Shown piece after piece: positions 17,301 to 25,456 of a stretch of 25,887 nucleotides of DNA. How positions within the stretch are numbered: position 1 is the stretch's first letter; every line of letters begins with the position of its first letter. Both the position numbers and the translations under genes were made by a program. The notes under the pieces were generated by a model. The model did no database searches. It was not told the origin of the DNA and worked only from the letters and a program-made list of their open reading frames with translations. The DNA comes from a virus (taxonomy: Duplodnaviria; Caudoviricetes), in IMG/VR virus record IMGVR_UViG_3300011013_000074, positions 1-25,887 of that record. One strand, given 5' to 3'.

Positions 17301-20300
17301 GCGGCGAGGAGGGAAAATAGAGCGACTCCGGTGCCGTGGCAGTTTGAAAACGCCTACGAAAACCGTAAGCGATTGGCGGGTATGGGTATCGAAACCCCTG
17401 CTGAATTGCGTACAGCCCTGAGAGAGTTTATTAGCTTGCAAGAAGCTCCGAAGGTGGCCGACAAAATCAAGAAGCTGGAGCGCGCCATGATCGGGCGCAA
17501 GAATGATGGGCTTGATTTCTTCCCGACATCTGCGGTGGTAGCTGATGAAATGATTGAGTCTGCGAATATCGAAGAGGGTATGAGTGTACTTGAGCCATCG
17601 GCAGGTATGGGGCATATTGCTGATCGCATCCGTGAGGCTGGCGTTGAACCTGATGTAGTGGAAATGGCTGGTGATCGACGCGAGTTATTGGAAGCTAAGG
17701 GATATAACCTAGCTGACCGTGATTTCATGGATGTGTCCGAAAGTTACGACCGTATCATAATGAACCCGCCATTCAGCGACCGGCGCGATGCAGAGCATGT
17801 ACAGCACGCCTACGAATTGCTCAAGCCCGGAGGCCGATTGGTTGCCTTGATGGGGGAGGGCGTGTTCTTTGGTAGCGACAAGAAAGCGTCCGGCTTCCGC
17901 GACTGGCTTGATTCAGTCGGAGGCACAGAAGAAAAGATTGATGATGGTGCATTCATGGATCCATCGCTACCGGTAAATACCAGCGTAGCCGCTCGTATGG
18001 TGGTGATCGATAAGTATGACGACGCGCCGCAACTTATGCAAAGCCGCAGCGGTGACTACGCCCTTGAAAACCCCTTCTACTCACAACTCAGCAAGGCAAT
18101 AGAGAAAACGCCGGAACGCCTATTCGTTACTGGCAAGCAGTTTGCTTTGTGGCTCAAGTCGAACGCAGCGAAGCTAGGTGTAAAGAAAGCTGAGATCGAG
18201 GCGGTAGGCATCACTGATTGGCTGGAAACTCAGAAGAAGGTTAGCAAGTCTGACGTACAAGCATTCCTTGATGCGAACGGTGTGCAGGTCGAGGATGTGG
18301 TGCTGGGCGATGAGCCGGTACAGCTACAGAAAGCATTTTCTGATAAAGGGATCAAGGTAGAGTGGAACCAGCACAACGAAGAATATGATTACTTCGATAA
18401 AGACGGAGACATACTGGACTTTGATGAATTGCCTAAGTCATTGCAATCAGCCGTCGATACGGCATCTGATGATGGTTCTGGCGACCCTACCAAGTTCGCT
18501 AAATGGCAACTCCCCGGTGGAGAAAATTACCGAGAGTTGCTGCTGACGTTGCCTGAAAGGGGAGCATTACAACTCAAGGGTGGGATGGATGTGCGCCAGC
18601 AAGAAGATGGATTGTGGAATGTATGGGATAAAAACGATTGGGTGTTTCATCAAGAAGGTGCTACAAAGACTCGTCAGGAAATGGAAGCAAAGGCCGCTAC
18701 TGACGATATGATTGCAACACGCAGCCAAGATGACTTCCGATCATCCCACTTCACCCAACCCAACATCCTAGCCCACATTCGATTTAATGAAAGGGTTGAT
18801 GCTGACGGCTTTAAGGTGCTGTTTATAGAAGAGATTCAGTCTGATTGGGGGCAGAAGGGTAGGGGTGATGGGTTTAAGCAAAACTTTACCGCTTCTAAAA
18901 ATGAAGATGGTTCGTGGCTTGTGAGAAATGGTAGTGGTGAAAAGCAAGGCTCTGTTCACGCCGATAGCGAAGCAGGTGCTATTAGACTTTATGGTGGCGA
19001 CAATGGAGTTCCCCTCGCCCCCTTCGTAACCGACACTAAATCATGGACGGCCCTAGCCCTCAAGCGAATGATTGCCTACGCCGCAGAGAACGGCTTTGAC
19101 AAGGTGGCGTGGACAACAGGGGGGCAGCAGGCAGAGCGGTATGATTTAAGTAAGCAGATAAAACAAATCACTGTCAAAAAGAATATATCCGATAACGGAA
19201 CGTGGGATGTCAAAGCCTACGATCTAAACGACCATAAAAAAATTACAGAAACGATCAGCAACCTTAGTGAGCTTGAAGATTATATCGGCAAAGAGGCTGC
19301 AAATGCCGCAATTAAGCAAGTGGAGGAAACTGGCTCTGCTGACCTGCGCGACCAAGACCTCAAAGTGGGTGGCGAAGGCATGAAAGGCTATTACGACCAA
19401 ATAGTGCCCCAAGTAGCGAATGACATCATGAAGAAGTTAGGCGGGGGCAAGGTTGGGAGTGTTGACCTAAAGCCTTATGGTGATAAGAATTTAATTTCTA
19501 TTGATGAGTCTGATGCTGCCGAAAGCATTGAAAAAGGCGATGTTGTTTATGGAAAAAGCGAGGGCGGCGAGTACATAGTTTTAGATGAGGCTTACGAGCT
19601 AGATGAATACGATGTTTTTTATAATGAATCTGGGATGGCGTTGTCCCAGCCCTCCATCACCATCACCCCAGCCCTGCGCGACACCTTAACCACAAAAGGA
19701 TTGCCGTTATTCAGCACACAACCTAACCGCACCCCGACGCTATCTGTCTCTGACGTAGAGAGGGCAACCAAAGCATTGCGAAATCGCTGGATCGGATTTC
19801 AAAAAATTAAGATCGTCAACTCAGTTGCGGATGTTGACCCTGAAACTATGGACGCGATCAATAGCTCTAAGGGTGGAGTGATCGATGAAGATACTGAGGG
19901 CATATATGACGCTGCAAGCAAAACAGTTTACTTGTTTGCCGACAATATATCTGATGCTGACCGTGCTGCGTGGGTGGCAATCCATGAGGTCGTGGGTCAC
20001 GGTGGAATCAGAATGCTTGGTGCGCCAGTATCGAAAGTGCTTGATAGGGCTGCAACCAATGGATTTGTTAAGCAATTGGGTAAGGCAATAGCTAAAGAGC
20101 GGAAGGAGAAATACAATAATAGAGCTCATACTGATGAGGCTATTGCGGAACTTGCCGCAGCAACGATAACAGGAAACCATAATGAGATATTAAACCGTTA
20201 TGGTGTCAAAGTGCCTACAACAATGATGGGTAACTTAAGGGCGGTCATACAGCGTGTTATTGATGCGGTCAGAAAATTCCTGTCTGCCGCTGGGGATGCC

Positions 20301-23300
20301 ACTGATGAACAGATAATGTCTTTGCTGGCGACCATGAAGAAAGCTGTCGAAGGTGATGCGGTTGGTGATCCGCTATACAACCGTGCCTTATACGTTACCC
20401 GGGAGAGCACCAGGGCATCCGCTTCAATGCTGATGCGCAATCTCAATATTGATAAATCGCGTGCCGAACGCCTGATTACGACAATGCAGGAAGATGGCTA
20501 TATCACCTTCGGGGAAAACGGCCAGTACGATGTCACGGACAAGATCAATACGGAAGATATTTTGTATTCAAAGGGTGATAGGAGGGGTATAAATAGTTCG
20601 TTAGAGATTTCTCAAAATCAAACCGACACCCCGGCCTTCAAGAAGTGGTTTGGAGATAGCAAAGTGGTGGACGAGAACGGGAAGCCGTTGGTTGTTTATC
20701 ATGGGACCGGCAGATTTGTTGGTAATGAGTTTGTTAAAACCAAAAAAACAAACCGTGCTGGGAATTACGAAGGATTCTATTTTTCACCAGAAAAAGATGA
20801 TGCAAATCATTATATGGAAGATTGGCGCAATGACTATCAGATACCAGAGGGTGCGCAAATACTACCTGTGTATCTTGCAATAAAGAATCCATATATTGCC
20901 GATAAGTCTAAAATTACGCCAGATATGGTTGAGAAGTACAATGAAGAGTTGCGTAAAAACAATCTTCACTTAGATGGCGAAAATGTTTGGTTTAATGAGA
21001 AGGTTGCTAATTTTAGGGATTCTGGTCGGCTATCAACAGATGCGCTGAACGGAAACGGCGAGTCAATGACGGAAGTTCTAAAGGCTGGTGGGTATGATGG
21101 GGCAAAAGATGGGAGGCACTGGATAGCTTTTTCCCCAACCCAAATAAAATCAGCCATCGGCAACCGTGGCACGTTCGACGAAAACGACGCGAATATCCTG
21201 CACAGCACCGCACCTAGTCCCAAGAAACGCTCTCGCCTGTTACGCATGGCAAAAGCAGCGAGTCTGGAAAAAGATACCAGTCTGACCGATAAGGTAGTAT
21301 CCGCACCGTTCAAGCTGATTGGCTGGAATAAAATCATCGAGCCCCAAATTGATAGGCTCTTAGAGCGTGTTGGTGAATTCGTGCCTGAAAAGATCAAAGC
21401 AGGGATGATTGCTGACTATGGGCTGGGCGAAGAGTATGTGGATCGTAAGTCTGAAATGAAGGCTGCTGAAGCGGCGATGAACCGTAAATCTGCTGGCATG
21501 GTGGAAATGCTGGCGGGGCTGACCCGTGCCGAAAGTCGCGTGGCTTACCAGTGGATGCAGGTCAAGCCGAGCGAGAAAATAGAGAAGGCATTGCTTGAGC
21601 AACTACCGGAAGAAAGCCGCAAGACTCTGGATGCCTTGAAGAAGCTCATATCATCGCTGGGCGAAGAGGCGGTAAGGCTTGGCCAGATGTCGAACGAGGC
21701 ATTCCAGCGCAACAACATGGCTTATCTGCACCGCACCTATGCCAAGCACGTTCTGGACAATCAGGGGGTAATCTCGAGGATGATGCGTGCCCGCGCATTG
21801 AAGATCAAAGGCAATCAGTACAAGGGCAGGGGAATCTTCGATGAAGTGAATATGAGTGACGTTGGCGGCGACCCGATGTTCTGGCGCAAAACTCAAGAAG
21901 GTAAGGCTGACAAGTCGCTGGTTGGCAAGAAGGTAATCCGCTTTGAGCGACGCGATGCCAGCACCGAGGCTATGGATTCATTACCGGGCATGGAAAGCAA
22001 GCCACTAGGTAGATTGCGTGAGGTGGTTTTTTGGCCGTCCGGACAAGCCATCCCTGATAAATTCGGGGATTGGGTACATGCCGGTGCTTTTGAAGTGAGG
22101 TCAACTAAAGGCGATAAACTGGTGGTATGGCGCGACTTTACGCCCGGCGAACGTCAACGCATGGGCGAGCTGGACGAAGTACGCTATGCGGTTGCTCAGA
22201 CGCTTCAAATGATGGTGCATGACGTTGAGGTAGGTAGGTTCTTCGAGTGGACTGCAAAGAAGTACGGCAAGGTTAATCCTGACGGCAAGGAGGTGGTTGC
22301 CAGTGAATCAATGCTGCGTAGCTTCGGGAAAGACGAGTGGGTTCAGGTTCCGAGCTCAAATGTGCCAAATACCAAAGCCAAGAAATATGGCACGCTGGCC
22401 GGGCTGTATATTCCCGCAACGGTATGGAATGATATTCGCCAGACTGCGGGTGTTCGCATTGAGCCTTTTGGCCGGACGCATGAGAAGATGCTGCAATTCT
22501 GGAAGAAGAGTAAAACCGCATGGTCCCCTGCGGTACACATGAACAATGTAATGGCAAACTTCGTAATAGCTGACTGGCACGACCTGCGCGCGGTGGATCT
22601 GACCGAGGCATTGAAAGTGTGGTCATACAACAACCGGGACGGATACCGCGAGCTATATCAACGATTCGAGGATTCTGGTGCGCTGGGCGGTATGTTCCTG
22701 TCGAATGAGGCGATGCGTGATGAAATAAAGAAGGGGTTGGATGCGCTTAAGTCAGAGCTTATCGGGGAGCATGAAGCCAATAAGGAAATGAATACTCTGT
22801 CCCATGTGATGCACCTGATCACGATGGTCAGCACGGTTCCGGTCAAAGGTGCGAAGAAATACGCCGAAAAAATGGAGGACTTATATCACTTCGAGGATTC
22901 TATATTCCGGCTAGCCGCCTTTGTGAAAGCGGTTCGATACGGTAAGTCAGACATCGAGGCCGGTAGAATAGCACGTCATTCCTTCTTGAACTATGACATC
23001 AATGCTCCATGGATACAGGCGGCACGACATACCTTCCTGCCGTTTATCTCGTTCTTCTACAGAGCACTTCCTATGGCACTTAAAACCTTGAAGTCGAAGC
23101 CTTGGAAGGTGCTTAAATTGCTGGCCTTCTATCATGGAGTCAGCACGATAGGCGCGATGCTTGCGGGTGGCGATGACGAGGAAGAGCGGAAGCTGCTGCC
23201 TGAGAATAAGGGCGGTAACGTCTGGGGTGTGGTGCCGAAAATGATCAGAATGCCATGGAACCATGACGGTGATGAGCCTATCTATCTGGATATTCGTCGC

Positions 23301-23897
23301 TGGGTGCCGGTAGGTGACTTGGCCGACATGGGTAATAGCACCACGATATTGCCACCATGGGCGACACCGGGCGGGTTGGTTCCGTTGCTGGGCGAAATGA
23401 TCTCTGGCTATTCACTGTTCACCGGTAAGAAGTTTGTCCAGGAGACAGATACATTCACCGAGGATATGGAGAAGCGCTTGGATTACCTTTTCAAAGGGAT
23501 GCTGCCGAACGTCCCGTTACCGAATCCGTTAAACGTACAACTGCCTTCAGGTGAGTTCAATCCGCTTGGGCTTGAGCAGGGCAGTATGCAGTCTTACGCA
23601 TGGTCAGGTATTGAGAAGTCGATTTCCAGGGAAGAGAATAGGATTGGCGAGGTCCGCACGCCGGTAATGGCTGGACTCAACGCGATTGGCGTTAAAGTGG
23701 GGGCGTATCCAAAAGAGAATATGAGGGCGAATCGAGGGTTTGATGTAAAAAGTCAAGCAAGTGAAATAAAAGCCAATATGCGTAGGGCGGCACGCAACTA
23801 CGATAAGCTGACCAGCCCGACCAAGTTGCAAACTGAACGATATGAGCGCACTTTGGAAAGGCAGCGGGAGAAACTACGGCAGTTGGCGGATCAGTAA
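14358..23897 (+). CDS. Giant polyvalent internal virion protein (DarB-analogous): N6-adenine MTase, EEIQSDW domain, zincin metallopeptidase, FtsK-gamma-like wHTH, ADP-ribosyltransferase-like domain and helical C-terminal region
   Basis: 3179 aa. DFFPT / VLEPSAG.G / IIMNPPF at about 17514-18015; FIEEIQSDW at about 18822-18848; HEVVGH...DEAIAE at about 19983-20150; DPLY..A......AS.S.L.R.L.I...RA.RLI..M...G.I at about 20367-20510; FKKWFG.SKVVD.NG.PLVVYHGT...GFYFS...GYDG...F.P.QIKS at about 20619-21206. Confidence 0.85.
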   Translation: MTIASCVESINKGKVVFREKDVKEILAAKNRIILSGEKVLASAERKAVQELLDDALADQAMVDELVREELGLPVEKPVAAIDTSKKPVDETGENKRVAEPAKPSKPTASWIVKNKKTGEVLFETFDKKKVDALNTEKYEAVPIQDHLVEINKKIKAEKPDDGVALFSKSDQAKPAPEANSYSEVVNIVKKYAKEFGYIVLVQDSSAVSKSEYLYVKNKDGKVIKIRISDHADVSMQAGGASQSIKHDASIDFVGGDFENLIDDIVIYLAEDAGKKVPSEIASRMHEYSKRMDEYAKRKRQEKVEYEKKYLSNQALKDIEAWRKEKKDYDELAERLPENAKKRNAIYKSNEINDRILHLEKRIANFQADPNIGERFQNREWDSFNVGEQSTLSSALKKAGDKKVAAPKEVKASSVVIANTLAGQQDVFDRVRNGDITSEEFKSAFASVLSNKDALVAELSRMTKPQIFEKYPGLSVRYKNERKADVVDAAYDDMILRFTLGKTLHYQLGSYGSSGIQESTYDKAIRDIVEATTDETLAEYAASIKQDEEDRAAQRKEAESGMENPQTITDFKRILIAKSKETGITLVDDLRMMLPLEQRIQYDELEADASRSERDGRKESQKDSFIRAPGEAVATTEIIHTKHTKQGHDLWQFNFEDKVSKEEFRALAAQARTLGGNYSSYRGSGAIPGWQFRTEESAKAFKKLVAGDATEAKDIAQERRNAFADDKSQTAVERLTEMADALEEKADTALNQDRKENTHRRAEIAARAEAAANSDKALAKTMRNIAEAIDSGKANLLDRIRQKIQVETLRGYVNTAKSDMQRKQYDTYAEREKHKDDPTTVEVADHVTFPTYTVYRSDLANVGRTLLVNPGTKMLGQRIMKVADDVSNVYLKFAKENLNKVATFGTKDLKIATFSSKADANAAIARSNFRGMAIPLAVKRNEVMIILSPSEAIKRGVWEGDNDKRITLNPRAGADIVEKLGKAARRENRATPVPWQFENAYENRKRLAGMGIETPAELRTALREFISLQEAPKVADKIKKLERAMIGRKNDGLDFFPTSAVVADEMIESANIEEGMSVLEPSAGMGHIADRIREAGVEPDVVEMAGDRRELLEAKGYNLADRDFMDVSESYDRIIMNPPFSDRRDAEHVQHAYELLKPGGRLVALMGEGVFFGSDKKASGFRDWLDSVGGTEEKIDDGAFMDPSLPVNTSVAARMVVIDKYDDAPQLMQSRSGDYALENPFYSQLSKAIEKTPERLFVTGKQFALWLKSNAAKLGVKKAEIEAVGITDWLETQKKVSKSDVQAFLDANGVQVEDVVLGDEPVQLQKAFSDKGIKVEWNQHNEEYDYFDKDGDILDFDELPKSLQSAVDTASDDGSGDPTKFAKWQLPGGENYRELLLTLPERGALQLKGGMDVRQQEDGLWNVWDKNDWVFHQEGATKTRQEMEAKAATDDMIATRSQDDFRSSHFTQPNILAHIRFNERVDADGFKVLFIEEIQSDWGQKGRGDGFKQNFTASKNEDGSWLVRNGSGEKQGSVHADSEAGAIRLYGGDNGVPLAPFVTDTKSWTALALKRMIAYAAENGFDKVAWTTGGQQAERYDLSKQIKQITVKKNISDNGTWDVKAYDLNDHKKITETISNLSELEDYIGKEAANAAIKQVEETGSADLRDQDLKVGGEGMKGYYDQIVPQVANDIMKKLGGGKVGSVDLKPYGDKNLISIDESDAAESIEKGDVVYGKSEGGEYIVLDEAYELDEYDVFYNESGMALSQPSITITPALRDTLTTKGLPLFSTQPNRTPTLSVSDVERATKALRNRWIGFQKIKIVNSVADVDPETMDAINSSKGGVIDEDTEGIYDAASKTVYLFADNISDADRAAWVAIHEVVGHGGIRMLGAPVSKVLDRAATNGFVKQLGKAIAKERKEKYNNRAHTDEAIAELAAATITGNHNEILNRYGVKVPTTMMGNLRAVIQRVIDAVRKFLSAAGDATDEQIMSLLATMKKAVEGDAVGDPLYNRALYVTRESTRASASMLMRNLNIDKSRAERLITTMQEDGYITFGENGQYDVTDKINTEDILYSKGDRRGINSSLEISQNQTDTPAFKKWFGDSKVVDENGKPLVVYHGTGRFVGNEFVKTKKTNRAGNYEGFYFSPEKDDANHYMEDWRNDYQIPEGAQILPVYLAIKNPYIADKSKITPDMVEKYNEELRKNNLHLDGENVWFNEKVANFRDSGRLSTDALNGNGESMTEVLKAGGYDGAKDGRHWIAFSPTQIKSAIGNRGTFDENDANILHSTAPSPKKRSRLLRMAKAASLEKDTSLTDKVVSAPFKLIGWNKIIEPQIDRLLERVGEFVPEKIKAGMIADYGLGEEYVDRKSEMKAAEAAMNRKSAGMVEMLAGLTRAESRVAYQWMQVKPSEKIEKALLEQLPEESRKTLDALKKLISSLGEEAVRLGQMSNEAFQRNNMAYLHRTYAKHVLDNQGVISRMMRARALKIKGNQYKGRGIFDEVNMSDVGGDPMFWRKTQEGKADKSLVGKKVIRFERRDASTEAMDSLPGMESKPLGRLREVVFWPSGQAIPDKFGDWVHAGAFEVRSTKGDKLVVWRDFTPGERQRMGELDEVRYAVAQTLQMMVHDVEVGRFFEWTAKKYGKVNPDGKEVVASESMLRSFGKDEWVQVPSSNVPNTKAKKYGTLAGLYIPATVWNDIRQTAGVRIEPFGRTHEKMLQFWKKSKTAWSPAVHMNNVMANFVIADWHDLRAVDLTEALKVWSYNNRDGYRELYQRFEDSGALGGMFLSNEAMRDEIKKGLDALKSELIGEHEANKEMNTLSHVMHLITMVSTVPVKGAKKYAEKMEDLYHFEDSIFRLAAFVKAVRYGKSDIEAGRIARHSFLNYDINAPWIQAARHTFLPFISFFYRALPMALKTLKSKPWKVLKLLAFYHGVSTIGAMLAGGDDEEERKLLPENKGGNVWGVVPKMIRMPWNHDGDEPIYLDIRRWVPVGDLADMGNSTTILPPWATPGGLVPLLGEMISGYSLFTGKKFVQETDTFTEDMEKRLDYLFKGMLPNVPLPNPLNVQLPSGEFNPLGLEQGSMQSYAWSGIEKSISREENRIGEVRTPVMAGLNAIGVKVGAYPKENMRANRGFDVKSQASEIKANMRRAARNYDKLTSPTKLQTERYERTLERQREKLRQLADQ

Positions 23898-24112
23898 TCT
23901 ACAAATATCGTCAATAAACTAACGCAGATAGCAGCGATCACCGTCAATGCAATGGCAATCTGATATTGCTCTATCTTGGGGTGTCTCTCGGCGATTCTGA
24001 CAGAAAGTGAATTGATCCAGAACAGGTTGCCGGTAAACGCAAATACCAGCATCGGCGGTGTCAAAATTGCCGTAAATAATATTACTGCACCGATGGACTG
24101 TAGCGTACTCAC
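23891..24112 (-). CDS. Small predicted membrane protein (two hydrophobic segments)
   Basis: 73 aa with two transmembrane-like stretches. The GTG start has a poor RBS, so the start is uncertain. Confidence 0.45.
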   Translation of the reverse strand: MSTLQSIGAVILFTAILTPPMLVFAFTGNLFWINSLSVRIAERHPKIEQYQIAIALTVIAAICVSLLTIFVDY

Positions 24113-24208
24113 CCGAAGGATATTACGCTCAATAAATCGATTGCGCTACTCAATCACCCTTCCCAATACTCACACTCCACCCGCAATCATTGACATCATT
24201 AGCCACAC

Positions 24209-24409
24209 TCATACACTAAGCCCCAGCAGGGGTACGAGTTCCACTTCTTCGCAGCCAATAAGAAGCTCAGGGAATAATTTTTGGATATGGGTAGCGATGA
24301 TCGTGCACGCATCCTCTGTATGGTAGGCAATTTTTGATTCAGGGCTGAGAACGGTCCCATTCCCGCTTACCGCTATTAGCAGCCACACACCTATAGTTGC
24401 GTCCATCAC
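24209..24409 (-). CDS. Small hypothetical phage protein
   Basis: GGAGG RBS upstream. W-L-L-I hydrophobic N-terminus and two Cys (Y.T.DAC ... C), a common small phage protein pattern. Confidence 0.6.
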   Translation of the reverse strand: MMDATIGVWLLIAVSGNGTVLSPESKIAYHTEDACTIIATHIQKLFPELLIGCEEVELVPLLGLSV

Positions 24410-24479
24410 TCACTTACCTCCATAAATAGAGAACTCACTATGAACCTACTACCCAATTATCAACAAAGTGAAACGCTAA

Positions 24480-24608
24480 TCAACCTTCTGCATTTGCATA
24501 ATATCCAGCCCATGACAGCATCCACATATATACCGGATTGCCTGACAATGGGGTTATCATAACTATATGGTAGCAAGCCCAACCAAAGGACATCTTAATA
24601 AGCTCCAT
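24480..24608 (-). CDS. Small 42-aa hypothetical protein (not in the ORF track)
   Basis: MELIKMSFGWACYHIVMITPLSGNPVYMWMLSWAGYYANAEG. It starts just after the stop of 24612-25244, with AAGGGGTG upstream, and fills the intergenic gap. Confidence 0.5.
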   Translation of the reverse strand: MELIKMSFGWACYHIVMITPLSGNPVYMWMLSWAGYYANAEG

Positions 24609-24611
24609 CAC

Positions 24612-25244
24612 TCACCCCTTACCCTGATGATCTGTTTCGACAGATAGTGGTTTGGCTGCAGATGCCTCAACAATACTCCAGTCAATAGCCTCATTGCGCT
24701 TAAAGGCGTTCATGGCTAATCTGCAAGCATCTTGCGCAGCATTTAACCTTAACTGTAACGAAACCGACCTCTCGCATTCAGCATCTAGCATGGCTTGTAT
24801 GTCTGGTGGTGATGTGTATAGTTCGCGTGTTTCCCAACTCTCTGGCTCAAGTGCTGACAAATCATCCTTAGCTATCTCAATCCACGCAGAATATCTGCCA
24901 CTTCCATGCACAACCCTAGCTTGTAAAAGAGTTGGCTCTTGCTTCTGTATCTCTGCAAGCTGTGCGCTTAAGTTATCGCGCAAAGAGACACCCATTTGAA
25001 TCAGCTTGACCAATTCAGTGCACGTGTCTGGCGTAACGGTTTCAGTAAGTTCATCTACAGGCATCCCATAACTAAACGTAGGCATTTCGTCCCCTGTAAA
25101 CATAACAATGTTAGATTTCTCAATCTCTGCCCGTAGGGTGGTTAACTCTGAGCAAGCCGCCCTTAACAGCGTAGCGGACTCACGATTAGCTGCGTGAGGA
25201 GCAAGTTGCCTTAGATACTTAGTAATTCTCTCGGTTATGTTCAT
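24612..25244 (-). CDS. Hypothetical phage accessory protein (Ead/Ea22-like mosaic type)
   Basis: AAGGAG RBS and ATGA coupling. Coiled-coil stretches and a QEP...W......RELYTSPP motif typical of mosaic early phage proteins. Confidence 0.6.
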   Translation of the reverse strand: MNITERITKYLRQLAPHAANRESATLLRAACSELTTLRAEIEKSNIVMFTGDEMPTFSYGMPVDELTETVTPDTCTELVKLIQMGVSLRDNLSAQLAEIQKQEPTLLQARVVHGSGRYSAWIEIAKDDLSALEPESWETRELYTSPPDIQAMLDAECERSVSLQLRLNAAQDACRLAMNAFKRNEAIDWSIVEASAAKPLSVETDHQGKG

Positions 25245-25456
25245 TCTGTAGTCTCCTTATAGGTCAACGGTATGCCGTTACTATCCAAAGAGTAAGCCAG
25301 TGCATAGGCAGTATGCAGACTGGTTAGGCAGTACGCCATGAAAGGTTCGTCCATTTCCGCTACGGCTTCCCACATCGCAGATACTAATTTTGCAGCGGCT
25401 TTTGGATTTCTATACTGGAACTTAGTAAATTCCTCTGCCCATGTATTAGCCATCAT
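25241..25456 (-). CDS. Hypothetical phage protein (about 71 aa)
   Basis: The likely start is ATGATG at 25456/25453 after AAGGAG (MMANTWAEEFTKFQYRNPKAA...), not 25618, which would overlap the upstream gene extensively. Confidence 0.6.
   Translation of the reverse strand: MMANTWAEEFTKFQYRNPKAAAKLVSAMWEAVAEMDEPFMAYCLTSLHTAYALAYSLDSNGIPLTYKETTE

Noticed and set aside
20562-20595. AGGAGG plus TATAAATA (T4 late-promoter-like) upstream of the ART domain
   Set aside because: No properly spaced start codon or -35 element, and nothing suggests a T4-like phage.
14512-22542. Alternative-frame + strand ORFs within the giant gene (14512, 16141, 16378, 19885, 20650, 22297)
   Set aside because: They lack clear RBSs, mostly overlap structured host domains, and have shadow-frame composition.
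609-23831. Many - strand ORFs antisense to the late genes
   Set aside because: They are fully overlapped by well-supported + strand genes and show no recognisable motifs.
14358-23897. Assigning the gene symbol darB
   Set aside because: No helicase motifs were seen, so the protein is analogous rather than demonstrably orthologous.
17853-24164. KOPS-like GGGNAGGG octamers (17853, 18857, 21824 on +; 24157 on -)
   Set aside because: The count is near chance expectation for 26 kb, and my scan was by eye, so no skew can be claimed.
23976-24999. + strand ORFs 23976-24326 and 24652-24999
   Set aside because: They are antisense shadows of the - strand small genes, most of which have RBSs or coupled starts.
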